Shown here one piece after another: positions 38,316 through 49,200 of a DNA stretch of 64,000 bases (position 1 is its first letter; the number at the start of each line of letters is the position of its first letter). The translations under genes were made by a program, and so were the position numbers. The DNA comes from an uncultured Novosphingobium sp. (GTDB lineage: Bacteria; Pseudomonadota; Alphaproteobacteria; Sphingomonadales; Sphingomonadaceae): positions 247 to 64,246 of the forward strand of contig CAZVMC010000002.1 in assembly GCA_964628635.1 (NCBI GenBank), given 5' to 3'. The notes beneath the pieces are model-generated. The model had not been told where the DNA came from, did no database searches, and saw only the letters and a program-made list of their open reading frames with translations.

Positions 38316-39038
38316 TCAATACATATGCTGCCCGCCGTTGATCGACAGCGTCGACCCGGTCACAAAGGCCCCGTTCTCCGAGGTCAAAAACGCCACGGCC
38401 CGCGCGATTTCTTCTGCCTGGCCCAAGCGCCCGACCGGGATCTTGGCGACGATTTTTTCCAGCACCGGCGGCGGGACGGCGGCGACCATGTCGGTGTCGA
38501 TATAGCCAGGCGCGATGGCGTTGACGGTCACCCCGAACTTCGCGCCTTCCTGCGCCAGCGCCTTGGTGAAGCCGTGGATGCCCGATTTGGCGGCGGCATA
38601 GTTGACCTGGCCATATTGCCCGGCCTGGCCGTTGATCGAACCGATGTTGACGATCCGCCCCCAGCCGCGCTCGCGCATGCCGGGGAAGGCGGCCTTGGCC
38701 ATATTGAAGCAGCCGCCGAGGTTGATCCGCATCACCTCGTGCCAATCGTCGTAGCTCATCTTGTGGAGCGTGCCGTCGCGGGTGATCCCGGCATTGTTGA
38801 TCACGATGTCGACCGGGCCGTGCTCTTCGGCGACCTGCGCCACGCCTGCCAGCGTCGCCTCGTGATCGCCCACGTCCCACTTGTAACTGGGGATCCCGGT
38901 GGTCGCAGTGAAGGCCTTGGCCTTTTCCTCGTTGCCGCCATAGTTGGCGATCACGGTGTGGCCCTGCTTCTTCAGCCGCATGCAGATCGCCTCCCCGATC
39001 CCGCGGGTTCCGCCTGTGACGATTGCTACGCGTGCCAT
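38316..39038 (-). CDS. phbB: Acetoacetyl-CoA reductase
   Basis: VTGGTRGIG, NNAGITRD, SINGQAGQYGQVNYAAAK, INGGQHMY. Confidence 0.95.
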   Translation of the reverse strand: MARVAIVTGGTRGIGEAICMRLKKQGHTVIANYGGNEEKAKAFTATTGIPSYKWDVGDHEATLAGVAQVAEEHGPVDIVINNAGITRDGTLHKMSYDDWHEVMRINLGGCFNMAKAAFPGMRERGWGRIVNIGSINGQAGQYGQVNYAAAKSGIHGFTKALAQEGAKFGVTVNAIAPGYIDTDMVAAVPPPVLEKIVAKIPVGRLGQAEEIARAVAFLTSENGAFVTGSTLSINGGQHMY

Positions 39039-39151
39039 GATCCTGCTCCCATTAGCGTTTCCGTTACGGCACGCTTAGGCATTGGCGGGGGAGGCGGCAA
39101 GATTGCCGCATACGTAAAGTCATGGGAAGGTCGACACAGCGCGTGAACGGG

Positions 39152-39352
39152 CTTCCTCCCCCTTGATGGGGGAGGGATACCGAAGGTTGTGACCCCGGAC
39201 TTGATCCGGGGGAGCTACCGCAGGTTGGGTGGTGGGTGATCTCTCGTCCAAGTGAAGCGCTTGTCGGCACCATCACCCCAATCCAACTTCGACTACGCGG
39301 CTTCGCCGCCAAGTCTCCGTATCCTTTCCCCATCAAGGGGAAAGAGAGGAAG
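39152..39352 (+). repeat. Palindromic element, family A (copy A3) with an embedded REP-like hairpin
   Basis: cccttgatgggggagggatac / gtatcctttccccatcaaggg; contains ccccgga-cttga-tccgggg. Confidence 0.85.
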
Positions 39353-39374
39353 TGCTCGACCGCATTGATTAGCT

Positions 39375-40142
39375 TCAGAACCTGAACTGCGTCCCCACGT
39401 AAACCGCTTGGCTATCCTGCCGCCCGTCGGTGAGCGGTACTAGCCGGTCACGCTCGGTCTGGACACGAACCCCGGCAGTGACGTTGAGATTGCGCGAAAG
39501 CCGATAGGAGCCGCCCACATCGACCCGCTGTTCGCCATCGCCTTCAAAGGTGCGCGGGCTGCGGCCAGTGGGGGCTTTATGATCAAGCTCGATCTGTGGG
39601 CTGAACCGGCTGGGTGCATCACGCGCGCCGGGCGAAGGGCGAAAGCTGGCGAGATCGGGGATATCGCTTCGCGCTGCAATCGTTGGCGCAACCGTGGCAC
39701 CCGAGGCAAAGCTGCGATAGCCGCGCGACGAGCCAAGACTGTAGGCCGAAGGGGCGATCCGCAGCGCCGATCCGGTGCTGGGCAGCTCTGTCACCACCAG
39801 CTGCGGGGTAACGCGCAGCGCCCGCGCGCTCGCCGCGTCGAGCCGTACTGCCACTGTCACCGAGCGATCGACCCGCGCGCCGTTCCCAGCTGGGGTAAAG
39901 CGGAAGGTTTTGCCTTGCGACAGCGTGCGCACCGCGATGCTGCGCGAAAGCCGCGCATCAACCGTGGCGGGGTGGAAGGTTTCGTCGGGCACCGGCAGCG
40001 CGATCACGCCGCTGCCTGCGTCAAATTGGGTCGAGAATGCCAACACCGCGCTGGGCAGAGCAAGCAGCGATACGGCACCGGCGAGCAGCAGCGGGGTTGC
40101 CGCGCTGCGTCTGGTCTTGCCGTTCTGCGTTGCCGTGGCCAT
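39375..40142 (-). CDS. Hypothetical exported protein with C-terminal outer-membrane beta-signal
   Basis: Signal-like N-terminus; ends VDVGGSYRLSRNLNVTAGVR...VYVGTQFRF. Confidence 0.75.
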   Translation of the reverse strand: MATATQNGKTRRSAATPLLLAGAVSLLALPSAVLAFSTQFDAGSGVIALPVPDETFHPATVDARLSRSIAVRTLSQGKTFRFTPAGNGARVDRSVTVAVRLDAASARALRVTPQLVVTELPSTGSALRIAPSAYSLGSSRGYRSFASGATVAPTIAARSDIPDLASFRPSPGARDAPSRFSPQIELDHKAPTGRSPRTFEGDGEQRVDVGGSYRLSRNLNVTAGVRVQTERDRLVPLTDGRQDSQAVYVGTQFRF

Positions 40143-40394
40143 CGCTGGCGTCTGCTCCCTTGGGGTCGATGAGCTGGCAGTATCGCGCTTCTGCTGCCCG
40201 AATCCAAGCGGAACTTGGCTGGAACGGGCTGAATTGACGGTGAACGCCGCCTATTCAGCAGGGATTAAGCGCCCCGGTGGCCAGAGGCGGCGTGCCACTT
40301 GCCGGTATCGCGGGCTTGCCGCCCGCGCCGCCTCGGCTATAGAGGCTCCCGCGCGGCGCGCATGGCCGCCGCAAGACAGGATTTGGACGCACCG

Positions 40395-40853
40395 ATGATC
40401 GCCACTCGCCCCTCGCTTACTGCCCGCTTTGGTCGCGCAGCACTGATTGCCACCACGGCGCTCGCGCTGGTCAGCTGCGGCAGCAAGGACAAGCCCAAGG
40501 CCGATCTCGCCGCCAGCCGGGTCACCACGATCGGGGTCAATTCCTACCTCTGGCGCGCCAGCCTTGAAACGCTCAGCTTCATGCCGCTGCTCCAGACCGA
40601 CAGCAACGGCGGGGTGATCGTGACCGATTGGTATGCCAACCCGGCCAATCCGGGTGAGCGGGTCAAGGTAACTGTCACAATCCTCGATCAGGATCTGCGC
40701 GCGGATGCCCTGCGCGTTGCTGCCAGCCGTCAGGTCTCGCAGGGCGGTACCTGGGTCGATGCCCCCGTTCAGGCGCAGACCGTGCAGAAGCTTGAGGACA
40801 TCATCCTGACCAAGGCGCGCGATCTGCGCCGTCAGGCAAGCGCAGCGGATTGA
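40395..40853 (+). CDS. DUF3576 family lipoprotein
   Basis: Lipobox LVSC; GVNSYLWRASLETLSFMPL, GGVIVTDWY; upstream of leuS. Confidence 0.9.
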   Translation: MIATRPSLTARFGRAALIATTALALVSCGSKDKPKADLAASRVTTIGVNSYLWRASLETLSFMPLLQTDSNGGVIVTDWYANPANPGERVKVTVTILDQDLRADALRVAASRQVSQGGTWVDAPVQAQTVQKLEDIILTKARDLRRQASAAD

Positions 40854-40862
40854 GCATTTACT

Positions 40863-41044
40863 TTCTTCCCCCTTGATGGGGGAATGATGCCAGAGCTTGG
40901 CAGCTTGCTGCCTAGCGTCGGCTGGATGGTGGGTGATCTCTCCGTCTAAGCCAGCGCCAGTCGGCACCATCACCCACCATCCAGCTTGCGCTAGTTCGCT
41001 CCGCTCACAAGCTTCAGCATCCTTCCCCCATCAAGGGGGAAGAA
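40863..41044 (+). repeat. Palindromic element, family A (copy A4)
   Basis: ttcttcccccttgatgggggaa / ttcccccatcaagggggaagaa; gctggatggtgggtgat / atcacccaccatccagc; shares its core with A3. Confidence 0.9.
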
Positions 41045-41152
41045 GTTGCGTGGCTCCCTCTCTTGGTCCCTCCAATCGACACGTGGTGATTGTTCCGATT
41101 GCGCTGCTCCCTTCCTCTCGACATGCCGGGGGGACCGGCTAGAGGGACTTCC

Positions 41153-43723
41153 ATGACAACTGAACGCTTCGATCCGGCCAGTGCCGACGCCCGCTGGCAA
41201 GCGGCGTGGGATGCCGCGCAAACTTTCCGCGCCGACGACAACAGCCCCAAGCCTCGCTCCTACGTGCTGGAGATGTTTCCTTATCCCTCGGGCCGCATCC
41301 ACATCGGCCATGTCCGCAACTATACGATGGGCGATGTGCTGGCGCGCGCCAAGAAGATGCAGGGCTTCGAAGTGCTGCACCCGATGGGCTGGGACGCGTT
41401 CGGCATGCCGGCCGAAAACGCCGCGATGGAGAAGGGCGTCCACCCCGGCGGCTGGACCCGCGCCAATATCGCGAACATGAAGGCGCAGTTGAAGCGACTC
41501 GGCTTCGCGCTCGACTGGAGCCGTGAACTGGCAACCTGCGAGCCGAACTATTACGGCCACGAACAGGCGTTGTTCCTCGATCTCTTCGCGGCGGGGCTGG
41601 TTTACCGCAAGGAGAGCGCGGTCAATTGGGACCCGGTCGACATGACCGTGCTTGCCAATGAGCAGGTGATCGACGGACGCGGCTGGCGCTCAGGCGCGCT
41701 GGTGGAAAAGCGCAAGCTCAGCCAGTGGTTCCTCAAGATCACCGACTTTGCCGAGGAACTGCTCGAAGGGCTGGGCAGTCTCGACAAGTGGCCCGACAAG
41801 GTCCGGCTGATGCAGGAAAACTGGATCGGCAAGTCGCAGGGCGCAACCTTGCGCTTTGCCGGGACCGATGGTGTGTCGGTTGAGGTTTTCACCACCCGGC
41901 CCGATACGATCTTCGGCGCGAGCTTCGTTGCGATCGCCGCCGAACATCCGCTGGCGCTGGAGCTCGCGCAGGGCTCGCCCGAGCTGGCGGCGTTCATCGA
42001 AGAGTGCCGCAAGGGTGGAACCACTGCGGCCGAACTGGAGACGATGGAAAAGCGCGGGTTCGATACCGGCCTCAGGCTGGCTCACCCGTTCGGCGCGGGC
42101 GAATTGCCGCTCTATGTCGCCAATTTCGTGCTGATGGACTACGGCACCGGAGCGGTCTTCGGCTGCCCGGCGCACGACCAGCGCGACCTTGATTTCGCGC
42201 GCAAATATGGCCTGCCGGTGACCCGCGTTGTTGCCGATGGCGAGCTGACCGATCCGGTCTTCGCGGGCGATGAAGCCTATACCGGACCCGGTCAGCTGGT
42301 GAATTCGCAGTTCCTCGACGGGCTCACTGTCGAAGCGGCCAAGGCCGAGGTGATCGCCCGCGCCGAACGAGCCGGCTGGGGCGAGGGCAAGACCGTCTGG
42401 CGGCTGCGCGATTGGGGCGTTTCGCGCCAGCGCTATTGGGGCACGCCGATCCCGTTCATTCACTGCGCAGCTTGCGGGGTGGTGCCGGTGCCCAAGGAGC
42501 AGTTGCCGGTGGTGCTGCCCGAGGATGTCGATTTCCAGACTCCCGGGAATCCCTTGTTGCGCCACCCGACCTGGAAGCATGTGGACTGCCCCAAGTGCGG
42601 CGCCAAGGCCGAGCGGGAGACCGATACGCTCGATACTTTCGTGGATTCGAGCTGGTACTTCCTGCGCTTCGCCAGCCAGCCCGCCGACCGCCCGTTCGAT
42701 CCAGCCGTGATCGAAAAGTGGCTACCGGTGGAGCAGTATATCGGCGGGATCGAACATGCGATCCTCCACTTGCTCTACGCCCGGTTCTGGACCCGGGCAC
42801 TGGCCCAGATCGGTCAGCTCAAGGTCAAGGAGCCCTTCGCCAGCTTGTTTACGCAAGGGATGGTGACACACGAAACCTATCAGCGCATCGGCACCAACGA
42901 GCCTGCCGAAATGGATGCCGAAGGTGCTTTTGAGCGAGACAACAGCCCGGCGGGCAAATGGCTTTCGCCCGAAGAAGTCGAAAAGCGCGATGGCGGGGTA
43001 TTCGAGAAGGCCACCGGATTTCCAGTCGAAGTTGGCCGGGTCATCAAGATGTCGAAGTCGAAGAAGAACGTTGTCGACCCCGATACGTTCATCAGTGACT
43101 ACGGTGCCGACGCCATCCGTTGGTTCATGCTCTCGGATTCGCCGCCCGAACGCGATTTGCCCTGGTCGGTTGCCGGTCTCGAAGGCTGCGCGCGGTTCGT
43201 CCAGCGCTTGTGGCGGCTGTTCGGACAATACGATTCGGCAGTTGCAGGCACCGATCAAGGCCTTGATCGACAGGTCCACCGCACTATCGCGGCGGTCGCT
43301 GAGGACATCGCCGCGCTGGGCTTCAACAAGGCCGTCGCGCGGATTTACGAGCTGACCAATGCTACCGAAAAGGCCGCCCCCTCGGCCAGCCGCTCTGCCG
43401 CGATCCGCACAATTCTGCTGCTGGTCGCCCCGATGATGCCGCATCTGGCCGAAGAAGCCTGGGCGCAAATCGGCGAAGCAGGCCTGATCGCCGATGCCGC
43501 CTGGCCCGAAGTCGATCCGGCGCTGCTGGTCGATGATGAAGTCACCATCGCGGTCCAAGTGCTTGGCAAGCTGCGGGATACTCTGACAGTGGCCAAGGGC
43601 CTTCCCCGCGAGGAACTCGAGGCGCTTGCCCTTGCCAGCGAGAAAGTGCAGCGTGCGCTCGACGGGAAGGCGGTGAAGAAGGTCATCGTCGTCCCCGATC
43701 GTCTGGTGAATCTGGTCGCTTGA
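41153..43723 (+). CDS. leuS: Leucine--tRNA ligase
   Basis: [41 protein letters not shown]. Confidence 0.98.
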   Translation: MTTERFDPASADARWQAAWDAAQTFRADDNSPKPRSYVLEMFPYPSGRIHIGHVRNYTMGDVLARAKKMQGFEVLHPMGWDAFGMPAENAAMEKGVHPGGWTRANIANMKAQLKRLGFALDWSRELATCEPNYYGHEQALFLDLFAAGLVYRKESAVNWDPVDMTVLANEQVIDGRGWRSGALVEKRKLSQWFLKITDFAEELLEGLGSLDKWPDKVRLMQENWIGKSQGATLRFAGTDGVSVEVFTTRPDTIFGASFVAIAAEHPLALELAQGSPELAAFIEECRKGGTTAAELETMEKRGFDTGLRLAHPFGAGELPLYVANFVLMDYGTGAVFGCPAHDQRDLDFARKYGLPVTRVVADGELTDPVFAGDEAYTGPGQLVNSQFLDGLTVEAAKAEVIARAERAGWGEGKTVWRLRDWGVSRQRYWGTPIPFIHCAACGVVPVPKEQLPVVLPEDVDFQTPGNPLLRHPTWKHVDCPKCGAKAERETDTLDTFVDSSWYFLRFASQPADRPFDPAVIEKWLPVEQYIGGIEHAILHLLYARFWTRALAQIGQLKVKEPFASLFTQGMVTHETYQRIGTNEPAEMDAEGAFERDNSPAGKWLSPEEVEKRDGGVFEKATGFPVEVGRVIKMSKSKKNVVDPDTFISDYGADAIRWFMLSDSPPERDLPWSVAGLEGCARFVQRLWRLFGQYDSAVAGTDQGLDRQVHRTIAAVAEDIAALGFNKAVARIYELTNATEKAAPSASRSAAIRTILLLVAPMMPHLAEEAWAQIGEAGLIADAAWPEVDPALLVDDEVTIAVQVLGKLRDTLTVAKGLPREELEALALASEKVQRALDGKAVKKVIVVPDRLVNLVA

Positions 43724-44232
43724 AACGTTCGTTCGCCTTGATTTTTCCTTTGTTGCTCGCGGCTTGCGGGCTCCAGCCGATGTATGCCGGCGGGGCGAGC
43801 GGGGCGGTGGCGCAGGGCCTCGCCGGGGTTCAGGTCCCGCCGATCGAGGGCAAGGCCGGTTGGCTGGTGCGCAATGCTCTGATCGACCGGCTGGGCGCGC
43901 AAGGCGGTTCGGGATCGGCCCCGCGCTACCGGCTCGACGTGCGGCTGGATGACAAGCTCGAAGGGCTGGGGCTGCTGTCGGACGACACTATCGGCCGTGA
44001 ACGGCGGACTTTGCGCGCACGTTATCAGCTGGTCGATCTGGCGACTGGCGAGGTCGTGATCGATGCCACCGCCGGTTCGGATGCGGGGATCGATGTGGTC
44101 TCATCCGAATATGCCACCATCGCTGCCGAACAGACCGCATTGGAGAACCTCTCGCGCCAAGTGGCGGACCGGATCGTCACCCGGCTATCGCTCCAATTTC
44201 GCGCGTCGCCGGCAGCGAAGCCTGGTCCGTGA
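43720..44232 (+). CDS. lptE: LPS assembly lipoprotein LptE family
   Basis: Lipobox [10 protein letters not shown]; leuS-lptE-holA synteny. Confidence 0.85.
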   Translation: MKRSFALIFPLLLAACGLQPMYAGGASGAVAQGLAGVQVPPIEGKAGWLVRNALIDRLGAQGGSGSAPRYRLDVRLDDKLEGLGLLSDDTIGRERRTLRARYQLVDLATGEVVIDATAGSDAGIDVVSSEYATIAAEQTALENLSRQVADRIVTRLSLQFRASPAAKPGP

Positions 44233-45254
44233 AAGCGACCCAGCGCGATTTCAAATCCCTCGCGCCGCGCGCTGCTGCCTCGGCCCGGACTTTCTTTTTC
44301 TGCGGACCCGATGAAGCCGGCGCGCAAGCCGCAGCGGCGCGGATTGTCGAGCTGCTGGGCGATGCGGGGGAGCGGGTCGAGCTGTCGGGCGCGGACCTGC
44401 GCCGCGATCCCATTCTGCTGGGCGACGAGGCGCGCTCGGTCTCGCTGTTCGGCGACAAGCGGCACATCTGGGTCCGGGCCAGCGGCGACGAGGCGCACGA
44501 TGCGGTGGAGAACCACCTTGCTGCGACGGGCGCGGCCTGTCCGGTCCTGATCGTGGCGACAGGCGCGACCGACAAATCTCGCACCGCCAAACTGCTGTCT
44601 GCCCGTCCCGACGCACTGGTCGCGATGTTCTATCCGCCCGATCTCAAGAGCTTCGCGCTCGATGTCCGGGCGATGGCCGATGCCGCAGGGGTGCGGCTGG
44701 GCGGCGATCTGGCCGAGCGGATCGCGCGGGCGGCCGGGCTTGATGCCCGCCTCGCGCAGTCCGAAGTGACCAAACTGGCGCTCTTTCTCGATGCCAGTCC
44801 GCAGGCCCCGCGCAGTGCGGACCTGGCCTCGTTCGAGGCGATCGGCGCGCGAACCGAGGACGATGGCTTCATGCCGCTGGTCAATGCCGTGCTGGGCGGG
44901 GCAACCGGCAAGCTGCAGGGCGAGCTGCGGCGGATGCACGAAATGGGACTCAATCCGGTTGGGCTGCTGCTGGCTTTCGAACGCCGCGCGGCCCAGCTCG
45001 CGCAGTTGGCTGCCAAGCTTGGTCCACGCGGTGACATCGCCGCCTTGCTTGATGCCGAGCGGGTGTTTTTCAAGGACAAAGCCGATCTCCACACCCAGCT
45101 GCGCAAATGGCGCGGGGCCCGGCTGGCGCGGCTGGTGGCGCGGCTGGTTGAGCTGCACCGCGCGCTGCTGACCAACAGCCAGAACGCCGAACTGCTGCTC
45201 GCTCAGGGCCTGACCGAGATCGCCCGCGCGGCGTCCGCAGGTCAGCGGACGTGA
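44229..45254 (+). CDS. holA: DNA polymerase III delta subunit
   Basis: FFCGPDE, LGDEARSVSLFG, EVTKLALF; synteny. Confidence 0.88.
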   Translation: MKATQRDFKSLAPRAAASARTFFFCGPDEAGAQAAAARIVELLGDAGERVELSGADLRRDPILLGDEARSVSLFGDKRHIWVRASGDEAHDAVENHLAATGAACPVLIVATGATDKSRTAKLLSARPDALVAMFYPPDLKSFALDVRAMADAAGVRLGGDLAERIARAAGLDARLAQSEVTKLALFLDASPQAPRSADLASFEAIGARTEDDGFMPLVNAVLGGATGKLQGELRRMHEMGLNPVGLLLAFERRAAQLAQLAAKLGPRGDIAALLDAERVFFKDKADLHTQLRKWRGARLARLVARLVELHRALLTNSQNAELLLAQGLTEIARAASAGQRT

Positions 45255-45292
45255 ACCAGAGGTAAACCGAGTGCGCGAGGCTGCGCCGGGCC

Positions 45293-45700
45293 TTAGCCCG
45301 GAATAACCGCCTGTGCCTCGCGCCCGTCACCTTGCGGCGCGGCGATAATGTCGCGGGTCACTTCGCCCTTGGCGACCGTTGCCGTACCCGGATCACCCAC
45401 GGTCGAGCGGATCGAGGGCGCTGCGGTACCTGCGCGGCTGATCGTGGCGCTTTCCACTGCGCTGCGCGGGGCGGGCGGGCCAAACAGAGCCTCGATCGCC
45501 TGTTGCTGGCTGGTGCCTTCGGCCGGACGCGGCGCGCCGGGCGTCGGGGGCGTCAGCCCGAAATCGGGCGGAACCACCAGCGGAGCCTGCCGCTGCACGG
45601 CGAATTCGTCGGGGCGGTCGCGCCCGAACAGCCCGCCCGAGCTGCAACCAGCAAGGAGGGTAGCGGCAGCGGCTACGGCGATCAGGGCAGTCTTACGCAT
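45293..45700 (-). CDS. DUF3035 family lipoprotein
   Basis: LAGC lipobox; RPDEFAVQRQAPLVVPPDF; downstream of lspA. Confidence 0.88.
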   Translation of the reverse strand: MRKTALIAVAAAATLLAGCSSGGLFGRDRPDEFAVQRQAPLVVPPDFGLTPPTPGAPRPAEGTSQQQAIEALFGPPAPRSAVESATISRAGTAAPSIRSTVGDPGTATVAKGEVTRDIIAAPQGDGREAQAVIPG

Positions 45701-45703
45701 TTG

Positions 45704-46225
45704 TCAGCTCTCCGTCGCGGGGTTGCCCGCATCGTTATCGCCCGCCTTTTCGCGCGAAAGGAAGGAACGGGCAAGGATTAACAGCACGCCGATGGTGATC
45801 GCGGCATCGGCCAGGTTGAAGATCAGGAAGGGCCGCCACTCGCCAAAGTGCAGATCGGCATAGTCGACCACATAGCCATAGAGCGTGCGGTCAACGATAT
45901 TGCCCAAAGCGCCGCCAAGGACGAGGCCGAGCGGCAGGATATCGGCACGCTTGGTTTCTTTGAGCAGCCAGACCAGCACTGTGATCGCGATGGCTGCGGT
46001 CACTACGACCAGCCCCCAGCGCATCGCCGGGGTCTCAGCCTGGAGGAAGCCCAGCGAGATGCCGTAATTCTCGGTCCAGCGCAGATCGAAGAACGGGATC
46101 AGATCGATCACGCCGACTTCCTGCAGCTTGAGCGGGCCGATCATCAGCCACTTCAGAAACTGATCGAGGCCGAAGATCAGCGCAGCGAAGGCGAGGCCAA
46201 GTTTGCGGGCAGGGGTGAGGGTCAT
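45704..46225 (-). CDS. lspA: Lipoprotein signal peptidase II
   Basis: DQFLK, NYGISLG, GGALGNIVDR, VVDY, FNLADAAI. Confidence 0.95.
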   Translation of the reverse strand: MTLTPARKLGLAFAALIFGLDQFLKWLMIGPLKLQEVGVIDLIPFFDLRWTENYGISLGFLQAETPAMRWGLVVVTAAIAITVLVWLLKETKRADILPLGLVLGGALGNIVDRTLYGYVVDYADLHFGEWRPFLIFNLADAAITIGVLLILARSFLSREKAGDNDAGNPATES

Positions 46226-49200
46226 TCCGCTGGCTCCATGGCCGAGACGACATTGTCGCAACGTGAACAGAGCGCGCCGTCCTCAGTCACCTCAGGGAGG
46301 TGCCGCCAGCAGCGACCGCATTTGTGGTGGGTGGTGCGGGTGACCTTGGAGGCATCCGCAACCACAACCTCTGAGACGATGAACAGCTCTGCCAATTCAT
46401 CAAGGCCTCTCAGCCGCCCGGTTTCGGGAACTGTTACGACAGCTTCAAGGCTGGATCCGATCACCTTTTCCCTGCGAAGTGGCTCGATCTCGGCAGCGAC
46501 TGCGTCTCTAACGCGCCGAACAGCTTCCCATTCGCCAATTAGGCTAGGGAGCAATGGGTCAGTGGTCAGTTCCGGCCACTCCAGCAGGTGCACCGACCCA
46601 CCCTCCGGATAGCGCGTGGCCCACACCTCCTCGGCGGTGAAGACCAGCACCGGCGCGGCATAGCGGACCAGCGCGTGGAACAGGGTGTCGAGCACCGTGC
46701 GGTAAGCCATCCGCTTGGGGTCGGTCACCGCATCGCAGTATAGGCAATCCTTGCGGATATCGAAGAAGAACGCTGACAAGTCCTCGTTGCAGAATTCGCT
46801 CAGCGCGCGGACGTAGGTGTTGAAATCGAAGGTCTCTACTGCCTCGCGCAGTGTGCCGTCGAGCTTGGCCAGTAGCGCCAGGACATAGCGCTCCAGCTCG
46901 GGCATTGCCGCGACATCGCTGACCCGCTCGGCCTCGCTGAAGCCATCGAGCGCGCCCAGCAAATAACGGAAAGTATTGCGCAATTTGCGGTACTGGTCGG
47001 ACACGCCCTTGAGGATTTCGTCGCCGATCCGGTGGTCCTCGGTGAAGTCGACCGTCAGCGCCCAGAGCCGGATGATGTCGGCGCCGTAGGTTTCCATCAC
47101 CTTGATCGGATCGATCGTGTTGCCGAGCGACTTCGACATCTTCATGCCCTTGGCATCCATGGTGAATCCGTGGGTCAGGATCCGGTCATAAGGCGCGCGG
47201 CCGCGGGTGGCGCAGCTTTCGAGCAGGCTGGACTGGAACCAGCCGCGATGCTGGTCAGAGCCTTCGACATAGATGTCGGCCGGCCATGACAGGTCGGGCC
47301 AGCGGTCGCTTTCCAGCACATAGGCGTGGCTGGTGCCCGAATCGAACCAGACGTCGAGAATGTCGCTGACCGCTTCCCACTCGTCGGGGTTGTAGGCATC
47401 ACCCAGGAAGCCGTGCGCGGTTTCGGGGGTCCAGGCATCGATGCCCTGCGCCTTCACGGCGGCAACGATCCGTTCGTTGACTTCGGCATCGACCAGGTAT
47501 TCGCCGCTCTTGCGGTTGACAAACAGCGTGATCGGCACGCCCCAGGCGCGCTGGCGGCTCAAAACCCAGTCAGGCCGGCCCGCGACCATCGACCCGATCC
47601 GGTTGCGGCCCTTCTCGGGAGTGAACTGCACGCGCTCGATTTCGGCGAGCGCGATTTCGCGCAGCGTAGTCCCCCTCCCGCCTGCGGGAGGGGTTAGGGG
47701 AGGGCTTGTTCCCTCGGCGGCGGAAGGCGACAGGCCCTCCCCCGACCCCTCCCGCAGGCGGGAGGGGAGAGGCTTATCCATCGGCACGAACCATTGGGGC
47801 GTGCAGCGATAGATCACCTTGGCCTTCGAGCGCCACGAGTGCGGGTAACTGTGCTGGTAATCCGCGCTCGCCGCCAGCAGCGCCCCGGCCGCGCGCAGGT
47901 CCGCACAGATCGGCCCGTCGGGCGCGTTGAACTTGGGGTTGATCACCGAGCCTTGCCCGCCGAGCCACAGCCAGTCCTCACGGTACTTGCCGTCGCCCTC
48001 GACCGCGAACTTGGGGCTCAGGCCGTGCGCCTTGCACAGCTCGAAATCGTCCTCGCCGTGGTCGGGGGCCATATGGACCAGGCCGGTGCCGCTGTCGGTG
48101 GTTACAAAGTCGCCGGGCAGCAGCGGCCGCGGCTCGGCAAAGAACCCGCCGAGGTGGTGCATCGGATGGCGGGCGATGGTTCCCGCTAGGTCGGAGCCTT
48201 TGAGCGCAGGATTTTCGATTCCAAGAGCATCGTGCACGAGCACTTCGGGTGCATTGGCTCCTTCGATATCCAGCTTGGAAAGCATCGCATTGAGCCGTTC
48301 CTTGAACGCATCAATCAAGGGGGCTGCGATCAAGACCCGAGTTGCATCCTTGGGCAGTCCCGCCGCCTCTGCAGCGGTGACCGTCGCGATTGTCCCTGAC
48401 TGCGGAGAGCCGCCCTGCAACGCACCTGCGTCGTAGATGATGTCGAGAATCCGGTACTCAACCTCCGGCCCATAGGCCAAAGCCTGGTTCACCGGGATCG
48501 TCCAGGGTGTGGTGGTCCAGATCACCGCATGCGCGCCGACCAGTTCAGGGATCGGGCTTTCGACAATCTCAAACGCCACGTCGATTTGAGTCGAGGTGAT
48601 GTCCTCATACTCAACCTCGGCCTCGGCCAGCGCGGTCTTCTCTACCGGCGACCACATCACCGGCTTGGCCCCGCGATAGAGCTGGCCACTGGTGGCGAAC
48701 TTGAGCAGTTCGGCCACGATCGTCGCCTCGCTCTCGGGCTGCATGGTGAGGTAGGGATTGTCCCAGTCGGCCATTACCCCCAGCCGCTTCAGCTGCGCGC
48801 GCTGCACATCGACCCAGTGCTGGGCATAGGCGCGGCATTCGGCGCGGAATTCGAGGAGCGGAACCTCGTCCTTGTTCTTCTTGGCCTTGCGGTACTGCTC
48901 CTCAACCTTCCACTCGATCGGCAGGCCGTGGCAATCCCACCCGGGCACATAGGGCGCGTCCTTGCCCAGCAGGTTCTGCGTGCGGCAGACCATGTCCTTG
49001 ATCGTGTGGTTCAGCGCATGGCCGATATGCATGTCGCCGTTCGCATAGGGCGGGCCATCATGGTACATGAAGGTTTCGCGGCCCCGGCGGGCATCGCGCA
49101 GCTGCTCGTAGAGCTTCTCGGCTTCCCACTTCGCCGCAATACCGGGTTCCTTCTGCGGCAGGCCCGCTTTCATGGGGAACTCGGTCTTCGGCAGGAAGAC

